A stretch of 41,184 nt of DNA from positions 1-41,184 of the forward strand of contig JAYGFR010000381.1 of the NCBI GenBank assembly GCA_046581755.1. Reading direction: 5' to 3'. Shown one piece after another: positions 8,400 to 20,840 of this stretch. The stretch comes from Nitrospinota bacterium (lineage in GTDB: Bacteria; UBA8248). The notes under the pieces were generated by a model. It searched no databases and was not told the DNA's origin. It saw only the letters and a program-made list of their open reading frames with translations. Numbering within the stretch: the first letter of the stretch is position 1; each line of letters begins with the position of its first letter. A program made the position numbers and the translations under genes.

Positions 8400-10130
8400 T
8401 TATCTCCTGGCCCGTTTAAATTTATCCAGCTGGACGCGGTAATATCGGTTGCTGGGCTCCAGTTCGATCGCTCGCTGAATGAGCGGAATCGATTTCACCG
8501 GCTGGTGGCTCCGGAAGTAAAGTTCCGCCAAAGTATCGAGGTAAAGTGGCGTGTCGGGGCGAATGTCCAATGAGCGCTTCGAGAGTTCGACTCCGCGTTC
8601 CAGGTTTTTTCCTTCCACATGAAACCACGCCAACCGGTTCAAAGCCGGGGCGGAATTCGGGTCCAGCTCCAAAACCCTGAGGAACACTGCTTTGGATTCA
8701 GCGGCCTTTCCGCTTTTCCAAAGCAGCATGCCCAATTCCAGCAAAATGACGGTCGATTTCGGATGATCCTCCCTCATTTTGAGGAGCATCCGATACGCCT
8801 TATCGCGGCGGTTCCGCCGCATTTCGATCAACGGTATCCGAACCAGCATATCCAAATTCGATGGATGCAGGTCGGCGGCGCGCCGGTACATTGCCACCGC
8901 TTCCTTATACCGTCGGCTGGCCTCGAGCAGCGCCCCGAGGCGCGCATAGGCGTCCAGCCAGTCCGGCGCCAATTGAATCACCCTTTGGTAGGCCTCTATG
9001 GCCCCGTTCCTGTCGGCGATTTCCGTCAGGGAGCTCCCCAGTTGAAAGTATAACCGGGGCTCGTCGGGCAACGCGGCGATTCCCTTGCGGACCACCTTCA
9101 CGGCCTGAACCGGCTTTTTCTCGCCCAGCAGACGCTCCACTTCGTCGAGGATGCGGGACAGGGAAGGGATGTCCTTCATTCTCGATCCGGAGCGCCTTCC
9201 CCCGCCGATTCGGGCGCGCACCTTTTCCAATCTCCGCCGAAGAACCAAATCCGCCGGGTCGTGACGAACCGCCGCGGCATAGGCGAAAACCGCTTTTTGA
9301 AACCGCCCCGCTCCCGCGTACAGATCCCCCAGGAGAATCATCCCCCCGATATGGCCGGGCGCCTCCTTTAGGAGCTCGTTGAGGTGCCCGATGGCATCTT
9401 CATTGCGGCCCAACCGCGCAAAATTTTTCGCCAAACGGAATCGGGCCAGGCGGGAATTTTTCCCGTTCAGCAGGACCGCCCTCTCAAGGAGGGCCGCCGC
9501 TTCGGGGAATTTTTCCTCCCGCTCCCGGAGCAGGGCTTCTCCGAGAAACGATTCCTCGCGTTGATTCTTGCTGGCGTTGGACATTCGCGGGGCGGATCGC
9601 AGGGGGAAAGACTGCGCCAGGCTGGCGAGCCTTTTAATTCGGCCCTCCACGGAATTCCAGATTCCGGGCAGCTTGCCGATAGCCGTGGTGGCTCCCGCGC
9701 CCGCCAAAAAGAGGACAATGATGCCCACCGCGAAACGGTTCCGGTATCGATTGAAGGCGAAATTCGAGGCGGATCCCGGACTCGAATCCGGCATTTTCAG
9801 GACACCCTCGAGACGTGCCTCAGGGCTGATTTGAACCCGAAGGGCCTGGATATCCCCCCGGTGAAGACAGCCGGCCCGCAGGTCAAGCTTATCGATGGCG
9901 ATGAGATCGCCCTCGGTGCAGCCGTGGTGGATCAATTCATCGGCGATGATTTTTCCCGCCGCCTGGGCCGAAGAGCCGATTTCAAGCCGGCCGCGTCCTT
10001 CGATCTCGCCCTTGAATTGCCCATCCAACAGAAATTTCCCCGTAAAGCGCAGAGAACCTTCCAGCCGGACGAAATCGCCGAAAAACGAAGAATCCGCTTC
10101 CGGCCATAATGGCAAACTCGATGAGGACAT
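8400..10130 (-). CDS. Bactofilin (polymer-forming cytoskeletal) domain + TM helix + multiple TPR repeats
   Basis: N-terminal beta-helix pattern LEGSLRFTGKFLLDGQFKGEIEGRGRLEIGSSAQAAGKI...GDIQALRVQISPEARLEG; TM FAVGIIVLFLAGAGA; then many TPRs. The start could be up to 10232. Confidence 0.82.
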   Translation of the reverse strand: MSSSSLPLWPEADSSFFGDFVRLEGSLRFTGKFLLDGQFKGEIEGRGRLEIGSSAQAAGKIIADELIHHGCTEGDLIAIDKLDLRAGCLHRGDIQALRVQISPEARLEGVLKMPDSSPGSASNFAFNRYRNRFAVGIIVLFLAGAGATTAIGKLPGIWNSVEGRIKRLASLAQSFPLRSAPRMSNASKNQREESFLGEALLREREEKFPEAAALLERAVLLNGKNSRLARFRLAKNFARLGRNEDAIGHLNELLKEAPGHIGGMILLGDLYAGAGRFQKAVFAYAAAVRHDPADLVLRRRLEKVRARIGGGRRSGSRMKDIPSLSRILDEVERLLGEKKPVQAVKVVRKGIAALPDEPRLYFQLGSSLTEIADRNGAIEAYQRVIQLAPDWLDAYARLGALLEASRRYKEAVAMYRRAADLHPSNLDMLVRIPLIEMRRNRRDKAYRMLLKMREDHPKSTVILLELGMLLWKSGKAAESKAVFLRVLELDPNSAPALNRLAWFHVEGKNLERGVELSKRSLDIRPDTPLYLDTLAELYFRSHQPVKSIPLIQRAIELEPSNRYYRVQLDKFKRARR

Positions 10131-10249
10131 ACGCACCCCGATGACAAAAAGGCCCGGTTTGAACCGCCCACCTCTGATTGGCCGGGCCTCGCTATCGACA
10201 ACCGGTATTATCCTAGCAAACTCCAGCCCCAATCGGAAAAAAAGGGGCC

Positions 10250-11626
10250 CTAACCGCTATTTTTCCGGAAAAACCAATATACGTGCTGATCCCAATGATT
10301 CTCAAGAATGATGCCCTCCTGCCCGGGAGGGACAAACCACGCCCGTTGGGGGGCTCCTTTGGCGGCCTCGCGGAAACTCCTTGCGGCGGAAATTTTGCCC
10401 TCCCGAATCCCGAGGCGAATCGATGCCTTATCGACTACCTTTTTCGCATCGAAATCGGATTCGGACGAAACAAAATATATCCGGTAGCCCCGCCCGGGGG
10501 GAAGAAGCCTCGCGGAGAAATGCACCATATGTCCGGGACGAACCAAAGCGGGCTTCGCGTTTTTTTGGCCCGAAAAAAATATGGGCTCCGCTCGGCCGTA
10601 TCGGTCCAGGGCGAATCCGTAGACGTATCTGGGCACTATCACTCCGATACGGCCAACGATCAAGGCCTTGGACCCGATGATCTCTCCTCCGCTCAACCGA
10701 ACCCGGGCGCCCTCGGAATCAATTTTCTCCAAAACCACCTCGAACGCCGGCTTCGCCCAATACCGGGAATGGCGCGGCCGGGCACGCGGGCGAGGGGGCA
10801 CCTTGGCGGCCAGCCAGGCGTCCGGCACCCATTTTCGGGGTAATTTGACCCTCGCATAGCCGAGGTAGGACCTGGAGACCTTCAGCCGATCGGGAAGACC
10901 GAATGCATCCTTGAGCTCCCTTTTAAAAAACAGTCTCCGGGGGGGGCGGTCCAAGACTACGGCCGCCCACACGAGAATTCGACCGCCCCTCTTCGCATAG
11001 GCTCCGTAAACGGCGGCCTCTGCTCCCAACATCGATGCCGCATGGACGACCGACCGCTCGCCGTAGCGCCCCCCCCGAATCCGTGGCCAAATCCCGTAGA
11101 GAGGATGGTCATCGCCCCACTCTGAGCCCCGCTTCGTCCGGGCGGCCCCCCGCGGCGCAACGGCTTTTTTGCCTGCCCGCCCGGGCGCTCCTCTCTCTCC
11201 GGGAGGCGCCGTAGCGGCAACACCCATCCCGGCCTCTTGCCAGGAGATGCCCTCTCCTCCATCGACGATTTCAAACATCCGGGATTTTTCCAGAGCGCTC
11301 CGAATGGCGTTTTCTATCTTCTCGCTGAATTTTGTGCGTAAACCGCTCCGCGCCTCGGGGAATCCGGCCACGATGAGTTTCAGGGAGACGGCGGATGGAT
11401 TTTCATTCCCGACGACGGGGCCGCCCGTGCGCTGGGGAAATAAGCGGGCCCGTTTTTTTTCGGCTTCGATCTCAAGGGCGGAAACCATTTTCTTGCCCAT
11501 GCCCGAAACCGAACCGATCCTTCCAGGCATCTCGCGCCAGAGAATCGGCTCATACCGGCCGCATGCTGGAAGCGCGAACAAAACGACCAGAAATAAAAAG
11601 CGGGGTGGAAGAAATTTCGACGGCAT
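10250..11626 (-). CDS. Uncharacterised lipoprotein (CsgG/FlgO-like segment and possible DUF4384-like C-terminal domain)
   Basis: Lipobox LPAC; LGAEAAVYGAYAKRGGRILVWAAVV; RYVYGFALDRYGRAEPIF. Start overlaps the kdsA stop. Domain calls are tentative. Confidence 0.6.
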   Translation of the reverse strand: MPSKFLPPRFLFLVVLFALPACGRYEPILWREMPGRIGSVSGMGKKMVSALEIEAEKKRARLFPQRTGGPVVGNENPSAVSLKLIVAGFPEARSGLRTKFSEKIENAIRSALEKSRMFEIVDGGEGISWQEAGMGVAATAPPGERGAPGRAGKKAVAPRGAARTKRGSEWGDDHPLYGIWPRIRGGRYGERSVVHAASMLGAEAAVYGAYAKRGGRILVWAAVVLDRPPRRLFFKRELKDAFGLPDRLKVSRSYLGYARVKLPRKWVPDAWLAAKVPPRPRARPRHSRYWAKPAFEVVLEKIDSEGARVRLSGGEIIGSKALIVGRIGVIVPRYVYGFALDRYGRAEPIFFSGQKNAKPALVRPGHMVHFSARLLPPGRGYRIYFVSSESDFDAKKVVDKASIRLGIREGKISAARSFREAAKGAPQRAWFVPPGQEGIILENHWDQHVYWFFRKNSG

Positions 11627-12468
11627 CAGCCGCTATCCGCACCGGCCCGTGCCGCGTCAATGGCGGCGAGCGACTCAAGAAGAGGAGCCAGGGCGTCCAG
11701 GGAAATCATGTTGGGTCCGTCCGAGAGCGCCTCGTCGGGCCGCGGGTGGCATTCCAAAAAAAAGGCATCCACGCCGACGGCGGCGGCGGCCCGCGCCAAC
11801 GGCCCCACCATTCGGCGATCCCCGCCGCTCTGGTTCCCGAGTCCCCCCGGGGCCTGAACGCTGTGGGTCGCGTCGAACACGATCGGATATCCCGTCTCGC
11901 GCATCACGACAAGAGAGCGCATGTCGCAAACCAGGTTATGGTAGCCGAACGAGGAACCGCGCTCGGTCAGTAAAATCTGGCGGCACCCCGCTTCGTGGAG
12001 CTTTTCCACCACGTTTTCCATGTCCACGGGCGCGAGGAACTGCCCCTTTTTCACGTTTACCGGCAACCCCGTTTTGCCGGCCGCCAGGAGCAAATCCGTT
12101 TGCCTGCACAAAAAAGCCGGGATCTGAAGGGCATCCACCACCTTCCCCGCCTCTTTGGCCTCCTCGGGGGAATGAACATCCGAGAGTATGGGCAGGCCGG
12201 TCGCATCCCGAACGGCAGAAAGCATCTCGAGCCCCTTGGCGAGGCCGGGACCCCTGGGCGAGGAAATCGAACTGCGATTAGCTTTGTCGTAGGAGGATTT
12301 GAAAATCGCCTTCAGCCCCGAAGCCTCGGACGCTTTTTTGATGGCATCGGCGCATTCGAGGGCATTGGATTCGCTCTCAAGAACGCAAGGCCCGGCGATG
12401 AAGGCCGGAGGAGCGCCACCGCCGATGGTGACCGCGCCGATATCAACCGTTATGCGCTCAACCGACAA
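11626..12468 (-). CDS. kdsA: KDO-8-phosphate synthase
   Basis: IAGPCVLES, KSSYDKANRSS, QIPAFLCRQTDLL, KKGQFLAP, FDATHSVQ, ECHP...SDGP. Confidence 0.97.
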   Translation of the reverse strand: MSVERITVDIGAVTIGGGAPPAFIAGPCVLESESNALECADAIKKASEASGLKAIFKSSYDKANRSSISSPRGPGLAKGLEMLSAVRDATGLPILSDVHSPEEAKEAGKVVDALQIPAFLCRQTDLLLAAGKTGLPVNVKKGQFLAPVDMENVVEKLHEAGCRQILLTERGSSFGYHNLVCDMRSLVVMRETGYPIVFDATHSVQAPGGLGNQSGGDRRMVGPLARAAAAVGVDAFFLECHPRPDEALSDGPNMISLDALAPLLESLAAIDAARAGADSG

Positions 12469-12545
12469 TTCGCGGCACTCCCCAGGATTGGATTGCGCCC
12501 CCCTGCCCGGCGGGGTTCAACCGGCCGGATGGGTGGCTGGTCCGC

Positions 12546-14992
<2,447 letters not shown>

Positions 14993-16393
14993 CTAATAGG
15001 CGTTCTGGCTAATGAACCCCTTCCACACCGTCATCCACATGATCTTCAGGTCCATCGCCAGCGACCAGTTCTCGATGTAGTAGAGATCGAATTCAATCCG
15101 CTTGTCGATGGAGGTATCCCCCCGCCACCCGTTAACCTGGGCCCAGCCGGTCATGCCACTTTTCATCTTGTGGCGCAACATGTACCCGGGCACCGATTTT
15201 CGGAAATTTTCGACGAATACGGGCCGCTCGGGCCTGGGGCCCACCAGGCTCATATCGCCCTTGAGCACGTTAAACAGCTGGGGAAGCTCATCCAGGCTCG
15301 TTTTTCTGAGAAAAATGCCCAATCCCGTGCGGCGGTCATCATCGGCGCTCGCCCAAACGGCGCCGCTCTCCTTTTCGGCGTCCATCCGCATCGAACGGAA
15401 TTTGTACATCTGGAACCGCACGCCATCGAGGCCCATCCGCTCCTGGGCGTAAAGTACGGGGCCCCGGCTCGTGAGCTTGACCAAAACGGCGATGATCGCA
15501 AGGAAGGGACTGCACAGGACAAGCGCCAAGAGCCCAAAGATGAAATCCATCCCCCGCTTGGCCATCCGGTTCCAGCCGAGGAGCGGGGTCTGGGAGAGCA
15601 GGATCACCGGAATCCCGTTCAATTCCTCGATGCCCGCGTTCAAGCTCATCCGTTCGACCAAATCGGGCACCACGCGCAGATCGACGCTCGAATCGCCCAG
15701 GCGGTCGAGCAGAAGGGATTGTTCCTTTTGTCTCTCGGCGGGCAAAACCACATATACCTCGTGAATTTCCTCGCGCTCGGCCACTTCCTTGACCTCATCC
15801 AGGGAGCCGAGAATCCGCAGGCCCTCCCCCTCGCTGGCGTCGGGCCCATATTCGGATAAATGGCCCACCACCTGAAATCCCAGGAACCGGTAGGCTTCCA
15901 GTTCGGACGCCGTGGTCCGCGCCAGGGAGGAGACACCCGCAATGAGAATGCGCCGCATGTCCACGCCCCGCCTGCGGAGATTTCGTATCATCGACCAGGT
16001 GACCCGGCGGAACAAAAACAGGAGGATCGGTCCCAGGACCATGAAAAAAATCACCATCACGCGGCTATAGCTTTTATCGCGATAGAAAAAAGTGAGCGCG
16101 ATGATCATCAGCACCGTCCAGCCCATTGTCCGCGCGAGCCTTCCGATCTCGACCGTGCTTTTGAGTCCCCCCCGGTAGGAATACAAAAGGGTGAGGCGCG
16201 CGGCCAAAACCCACGCCAGCCAGATGAACGGCAGGAGAAACAAATAGTCGATCATGGGCGGGAACCCGCGCGTAACCGGGATCACCTCGATTCGGAACCG
16301 GAGCAGGTAGGCCAATATCCAGGAAAGGCCCAGAGCCGAGGCATCGCCCGCGAAAAGCATCACCACATTGAGCTGGCCGTATCGTTTGAGCAT
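14993..16393 (-). CDS. wcaJ: Undecaprenyl-phosphate glucose phosphotransferase (WcaJ/WbaP family)
   Basis: N-terminal TMs, then KFRSM, LRKTSLDELPQLFNVLKGDMSLVGPRPERP and GMTGWAQVNG. Confidence 0.92.
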   Translation of the reverse strand: MLKRYGQLNVVMLFAGDASALGLSWILAYLLRFRIEVIPVTRGFPPMIDYLFLLPFIWLAWVLAARLTLLYSYRGGLKSTVEIGRLARTMGWTVLMIIALTFFYRDKSYSRVMVIFFMVLGPILLFLFRRVTWSMIRNLRRRGVDMRRILIAGVSSLARTTASELEAYRFLGFQVVGHLSEYGPDASEGEGLRILGSLDEVKEVAEREEIHEVYVVLPAERQKEQSLLLDRLGDSSVDLRVVPDLVERMSLNAGIEELNGIPVILLSQTPLLGWNRMAKRGMDFIFGLLALVLCSPFLAIIAVLVKLTSRGPVLYAQERMGLDGVRFQMYKFRSMRMDAEKESGAVWASADDDRRTGLGIFLRKTSLDELPQLFNVLKGDMSLVGPRPERPVFVENFRKSVPGYMLRHKMKSGMTGWAQVNGWRGDTSIDKRIEFDLYYIENWSLAMDLKIMWMTVWKGFISQNAY

Positions 16394-16402
16394 GTTGAAT
16401 TC

Positions 16403-17599
16403 CTAGACCGATGCCCGGGGAAGAATGCACTCGCCATGCGCCTTCCATCCGCTCATGAAACGCTCTCGGACGGCATTCTTGAAGGTGTCGCGGCAAAACC
16501 GCTCGGCCTGGCGCCTGGCCGCCTCGGGACGGAAGATGTCCTCGTTTTTTTCAAACGCCAAAACGGCCTCGGCCACATCCTCCGCCTCGGGCCGCCTGAA
16601 AAAAAGGCCGGTCGGACCGCCCGGATTCTCCCCCAGGTCTTCCCACCGCGAGACTCCGGGAGGGAGGGAGTATTCGTCCCGGTTCGCGGCAATCACGGTT
16701 TCGAGCGCGCCGCCCTCGCCAAGGGCGATGACGGGCCGCCCGCAGGCCTGCGCCTCGAGCGGTGTGATCCCAAAATCCTCCACCCCCGGAAAGATGAACG
16801 CCCGGCATCCGGCATAAAGACCGGCCAGCGCGTTATCGTCCTGCCAGCCGAGGAACTCGACGTTGGATTTTCCCATCCCGCGGACCCGCTCGAAAGCCTG
16901 GCCCCGCCCGACCACCCTGAGGGGCCGCCCCAGGCGGTTAAACGCCTCAACCGCTACGTCCACCTTTTTATAGGGCGCAAAAGCGGAGACCATCAGATAA
17001 TAATCCTCCGCCCTCCCGCCCGGCCGGAAACGCTCCGTATCGACCGGCGGGTACACGACATCCGACTCGCGGCCATAATGGCGGCGGATGCGGTCGGCGA
17101 CCGTATGGCTGATCGCCACGAATTCATGAACCCCCCGGTTCGATTCGGCGTCCCAGCGCCGAAGGGATTTCATCACGCGGGGGATAACCCACTGAGCCGC
17201 TCCCCTCACCCGGTTTCCGCCAAAATAATCATCGTAGCCCGACCAGGCGTAGCGCATCGGGGTATAGCAGTAGCAAAGATGAAAAGCCGAATCGTCGCCC
17301 CGGGCGCCCTTGGCCACGCAATGGCTGCTCGATAGAATGAAATCGTATCCCGACAGGTCGAGCATCCCCACGGCGAGGGGCATCACGGGCAGCAAATAGC
17401 GGTACCGGCTTCCCGCCCCTGGAATGTATTGGATCGGGCTGGTCCGGATGGAATGGCTTTCGATGATTTTCGATACCGTCCCCGGCAGGTGCAGGAGCGT
17501 GAATATATCGGCCTCGGGAAATATCTCGCAAAACACCTCGAGGCATTTTTCTCCCCCGCGCATTCCGGTGAGCCAGTCGTGAACGATCGCCACCCGCAT
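16403..17599 (-). CDS. Glycosyltransferase family 4 (WbaZ-like)
   Basis: MRVAIVHDWLTGMRGGEK, CYCYTPMRYAW, EDFGITPLEAQACG. Confidence 0.9.
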   Translation of the reverse strand: MRVAIVHDWLTGMRGGEKCLEVFCEIFPEADIFTLLHLPGTVSKIIESHSIRTSPIQYIPGAGSRYRYLLPVMPLAVGMLDLSGYDFILSSSHCVAKGARGDDSAFHLCYCYTPMRYAWSGYDDYFGGNRVRGAAQWVIPRVMKSLRRWDAESNRGVHEFVAISHTVADRIRRHYGRESDVVYPPVDTERFRPGGRAEDYYLMVSAFAPYKKVDVAVEAFNRLGRPLRVVGRGQAFERVRGMGKSNVEFLGWQDDNALAGLYAGCRAFIFPGVEDFGITPLEAQACGRPVIALGEGGALETVIAANRDEYSLPPGVSRWEDLGENPGGPTGLFFRRPEAEDVAEAVLAFEKNEDIFRPEAARRQAERFCRDTFKNAVRERFMSGWKAHGECILPRASV

Positions 17600-18405
17600 C
17601 AATTCGCATCCGCCCGGGAATCCGCCCGCCCCTCTTCCGGGGGCGCACTCTTGCGCAAAACGATGACGGCATACCGGCAGTAGCGCTGGAACCCCGGGAA
17701 AATCCGTAAAAGCACCCGATCGATGGCTTCGAGGAACAAAATCAGCGGCGGCCATCTGAATTGACGCCGGATCATCGAAAAAAGCTGGTACCCCCGCAAC
17801 TCGACAAAGGGAAGATACCTTCGGAGGATATCGACATCCTTATGGCGGATGGGCTTCTCGTCCACCGTCCGGTTCTTGCCCCGGTAGGGGATCTTTTTGC
17901 GGACAAATTCGAGAACCGGATTTCCTCCCCAGGGTTCGCTGAACACCGCGATTCCGTCCGCCCGGAGAACGCGCGCCATCTCCCGGCCGGCCAGATTCAA
18001 ATCGACATGGTGGAGGATAGCGTTTCCATAGATCACGTCGAACGACCCGTCCCGGTAGCCCAACGCCTCGCCCGCCATCTCCTGAAGGTGGACGCCGCCG
18101 CCCACCCCATTCGCCCGGGCCCTCCGCGAGGAGACGACCGCGTTGCCGAATGCGATGTCGAATGCGAAGACATCCCCTCCCTGCCGGGCCAGAACCGTCG
18201 CGCTCATTCCGTCTCCCGTTCCGTAGTCGAGCACCCGCTTTCCGCGCAGATCCCCCAGCAAATCGAACGTATCCCGGACCCAACTTTCGTGATCCACGTA
18301 TACGGTGTCTTCAAAGCGAAGGTCCTCATCCTCGAGCCGGCTCTCGCGGGAGGCGCTTCTTTCCTCATGAAACGCCCTCTCGCGCCGGAGGCGGCCGCCG
18401 TTCAC
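17599..18405 (-). CDS. Class I SAM-dependent methyltransferase
   Basis: VLDYGTGDG, FDVIYGNAILHH. GTG at 18405 overlaps the upstream stop. Confidence 0.88.
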   Translation of the reverse strand: MNGGRLRRERAFHEERSASRESRLEDEDLRFEDTVYVDHESWVRDTFDLLGDLRGKRVLDYGTGDGMSATVLARQGGDVFAFDIAFGNAVVSSRRARANGVGGGVHLQEMAGEALGYRDGSFDVIYGNAILHHVDLNLAGREMARVLRADGIAVFSEPWGGNPVLEFVRKKIPYRGKNRTVDEKPIRHKDVDILRRYLPFVELRGYQLFSMIRRQFRWPPLILFLEAIDRVLLRIFPGFQRYCRYAVIVLRKSAPPEEGRADSRADAN

Positions 18406-19499
18406 GCGCCCGGGTTCCCCGAAAGAGCCTGTTCGTAGGCTTCGAGGGTCCCTTCGGCCAGAGCGCGCCAGGAAAATTTCTCCGCCTGCCTGCGTGCCTT
18501 TCCCGAAAGATCGTTTCGCAAGCCATCGTCCTCGAGCAGGCGGACCATCCCGTCCCGGAGCGGCTCCATCCGTCCCTCGGGGACCACAATTCCGCCATCT
18601 CCCACGACCTCGGGGAGCGAGGCCGCATCCGACACGATGACGGGCGTGCCGCAACCCATTGCCTCGAGAGGCGGATATCCGAATCCCTCATAACGCGAGG
18701 GAAACACCAGCGCCCGCGCGGCGGCGTAGATGCCCGGCAGCGATTGGTGGGAGACCTCCCCCAAAAACTCCACCTCGGATCCAAGTCCCAGCCTCGCCAG
18801 ATCGCCCTCCAACCCCGCCCGCTCGCCCGTCAGCACGAGCCGGACGCCTCCGGCGCGCTTTCGCACCCCGGCGAACGCCTCCAGAAGCAGCGGGATATTC
18901 TTGTGCGCCTTATGGTTTCCCACATACAGAAAATACGGCGTCTCGGCCCCCTGGACCGCCGCCGCGGAAGGGGGAACCTTTTCTCCCCAGCCCGGAGGAA
19001 GGGCATTATAGGTCAGGCGGACCTTATCGGGCGCCACCCCCAAGTGGCGGATGATATCCCGCCGCGAGTGCTCGGAAACCGTGAGGAGCACCCGGGCGCG
19101 CCCGGCCGTGCGCCTCGCCAGCAACCGCGAAACCCGCCATGCCATCCACGAGGGGCACAACTCGGGAAAAAGCTGGTGAATCAAGTCGTGGATGGTCGCC
19201 ACCATCGGCGTCCGCCCGAAAATGGGCGCCGCATAGTGGGGATGATGAATGACATCGAGACGCTGCGCCTTCACCGCCCGCATCAGGCCCACCTGCTCCC
19301 CGAGGGAATAGGGCGCCGCCCCAGACAGGGCGACCGAAAATTTCTCCCCGGGCGGCTGAAACCGCTCGCGATCCGCATCCTGGATAAAGACGACATATTC
19401 GTTGCCGCCTCCCAGGCGGCAGAGGCCCTCGATGAGATTTTTGAGGTAAGTGCCGATCCCGCTCATGAACAACATGCGCGCATCGATTCCTATACGCAT
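18402..19499 (-). CDS. Glycosyltransferase family 4 (MtfB-like)
   Basis: MRIGIDAR...GIGTY, TIHDLIH, HKNI, FPSRYEGFGYPPLEAMGCG. Confidence 0.9.
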   Translation of the reverse strand: MRIGIDARMLFMSGIGTYLKNLIEGLCRLGGGNEYVVFIQDADRERFQPPGEKFSVALSGAAPYSLGEQVGLMRAVKAQRLDVIHHPHYAAPIFGRTPMVATIHDLIHQLFPELCPSWMAWRVSRLLARRTAGRARVLLTVSEHSRRDIIRHLGVAPDKVRLTYNALPPGWGEKVPPSAAAVQGAETPYFLYVGNHKAHKNIPLLLEAFAGVRKRAGGVRLVLTGERAGLEGDLARLGLGSEVEFLGEVSHQSLPGIYAAARALVFPSRYEGFGYPPLEAMGCGTPVIVSDAASLPEVVGDGGIVVPEGRMEPLRDGMVRLLEDDGLRNDLSGKARRQAEKFSWRALAEGTLEAYEQALSGNPGA

Positions 19500-20836
19500 C
19501 TTCGCAGCGCCTCGTAGACGATGTCCGAATCCAGCCCGGCCATGCCCGAGTGATGATCGCAAAAGGTCAGCCCGCAAACTTCGCATTCGATGCGCTTGCG
19601 CACGATGACGACCGAGGAGCCGCGCGGCCCCCACTCGGCCGGGTCGTTCGTTCCGCTGAACACGCTGATGACGGGCACCCCCAGCGCCGCGGCAATATGG
19701 CCGGGGCCGGAATCGTTTCCGACAAACAGGGTGCAATGGCGGGCAGCCATCATGAACGAGCGTAGGCCAGGGAGCTTGTCGCACAGGTCCACAACGCGCC
19801 CTTCCGTGCGGAGGCCCTTCAGGGCGATCATCACGTCATCGGTCACCGAGCGGTCATCCGGGCCGCCGAAAATCACCACCTGGGAGGGCATGTTCGTGAT
19901 GATCCGCCGGATCAGGCCGGCGAATTTATCGACCCCCCAAATCTTCGTCGGGTTCCCGGCGCCGGCATGGATTCCGATCACGATTCTCGATCCGTCCACC
20001 CCATGGGTCCGGAGGAGGGCTCTTCCCTGCTCGATTTCATCTCTGGTCAATTCCAGTTCGGGATTGGTGGTTTCCTGGTAGCCGAAGCCGGCCGATTCGA
20101 TGAGGGCGAGATTACGCTCGACCTGATGCCGCCCTCTCATCTCCTCCAATTCCACATCGAGGAAAAACCCCAATCCTGTGCGGCCGCTCCCGGCCAGATA
20201 GCGCGCGCCGGCCAGGCGCGCAGCCAGGATCGATTGAAAATCCCCGCGCAAATCAACGGCCAAATCGTATGCCCCGCCCAATTCGTGGGCGCGTCTCCGA
20301 AGCAGGCGCGCCAGCCCCAGGGCGGCCATCAGGCCGAACCGATCTTTTTTCGGCCGCTCGAGCCAGGGCGCGGAGAACTCGATCAGCTCGATTCCGTAAA
20401 GATTTTTCGAATCGTCCGGAAGTAGCGGGCGCGCCCAGGGTCCGATGAGCAAATCGATCCGCGCATCGGGAAGCTCATTCCGCAGGGCCCTCAGCGCCGG
20501 GAGCGAAAAAAGGACATCTCCGATGTGATCCGGGCGCAGGACGATGACGCGCTCGATGACCTTGGGCCGATCGCGCTCGCGGGCGAGAAGCGCGGCGCCC
20601 AAACCGTCCAACAGGCGGAACAACCGGACGGCCCATCGGCTGCGGTAAGCGTACTGGCGTGGAGGGGATTTTTGCTGAGCGGAGGGGGCAGCGCGAGGAG
20701 CCTCCGGCGGTTCGATTCTTCCGAGTTCGATGGTCAGAACTTTTCCGGAAGCTTTGCCGGAAGGATTGGAATTCGTGGCCTCCCCCGAGGATGAGTCCAG
20801 AGAGAACACGGGTGGATTCTGATCGGCCCCTTTCAT
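19490..20836 (-). CDS. Glycosyltransferase family 9 (heptosyltransferase-like)
   Basis: RPDHIGDVLFSLPALRAL, KIW, FVGNDSGPGHIAAALG, C-terminal Cys cluster. Confidence 0.88.
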   Translation of the reverse strand: MKGADQNPPVFSLDSSSGEATNSNPSGKASGKVLTIELGRIEPPEAPRAAPSAQQKSPPRQYAYRSRWAVRLFRLLDGLGAALLARERDRPKVIERVIVLRPDHIGDVLFSLPALRALRNELPDARIDLLIGPWARPLLPDDSKNLYGIELIEFSAPWLERPKKDRFGLMAALGLARLLRRRAHELGGAYDLAVDLRGDFQSILAARLAGARYLAGSGRTGLGFFLDVELEEMRGRHQVERNLALIESAGFGYQETTNPELELTRDEIEQGRALLRTHGVDGSRIVIGIHAGAGNPTKIWGVDKFAGLIRRIITNMPSQVVIFGGPDDRSVTDDVMIALKGLRTEGRVVDLCDKLPGLRSFMMAARHCTLFVGNDSGPGHIAAALGVPVISVFSGTNDPAEWGPRGSSVVIVRKRIECEVCGLTFCDHHSGMAGLDSDIVYEALRRCV

Positions 20837-20840
20837 GATC

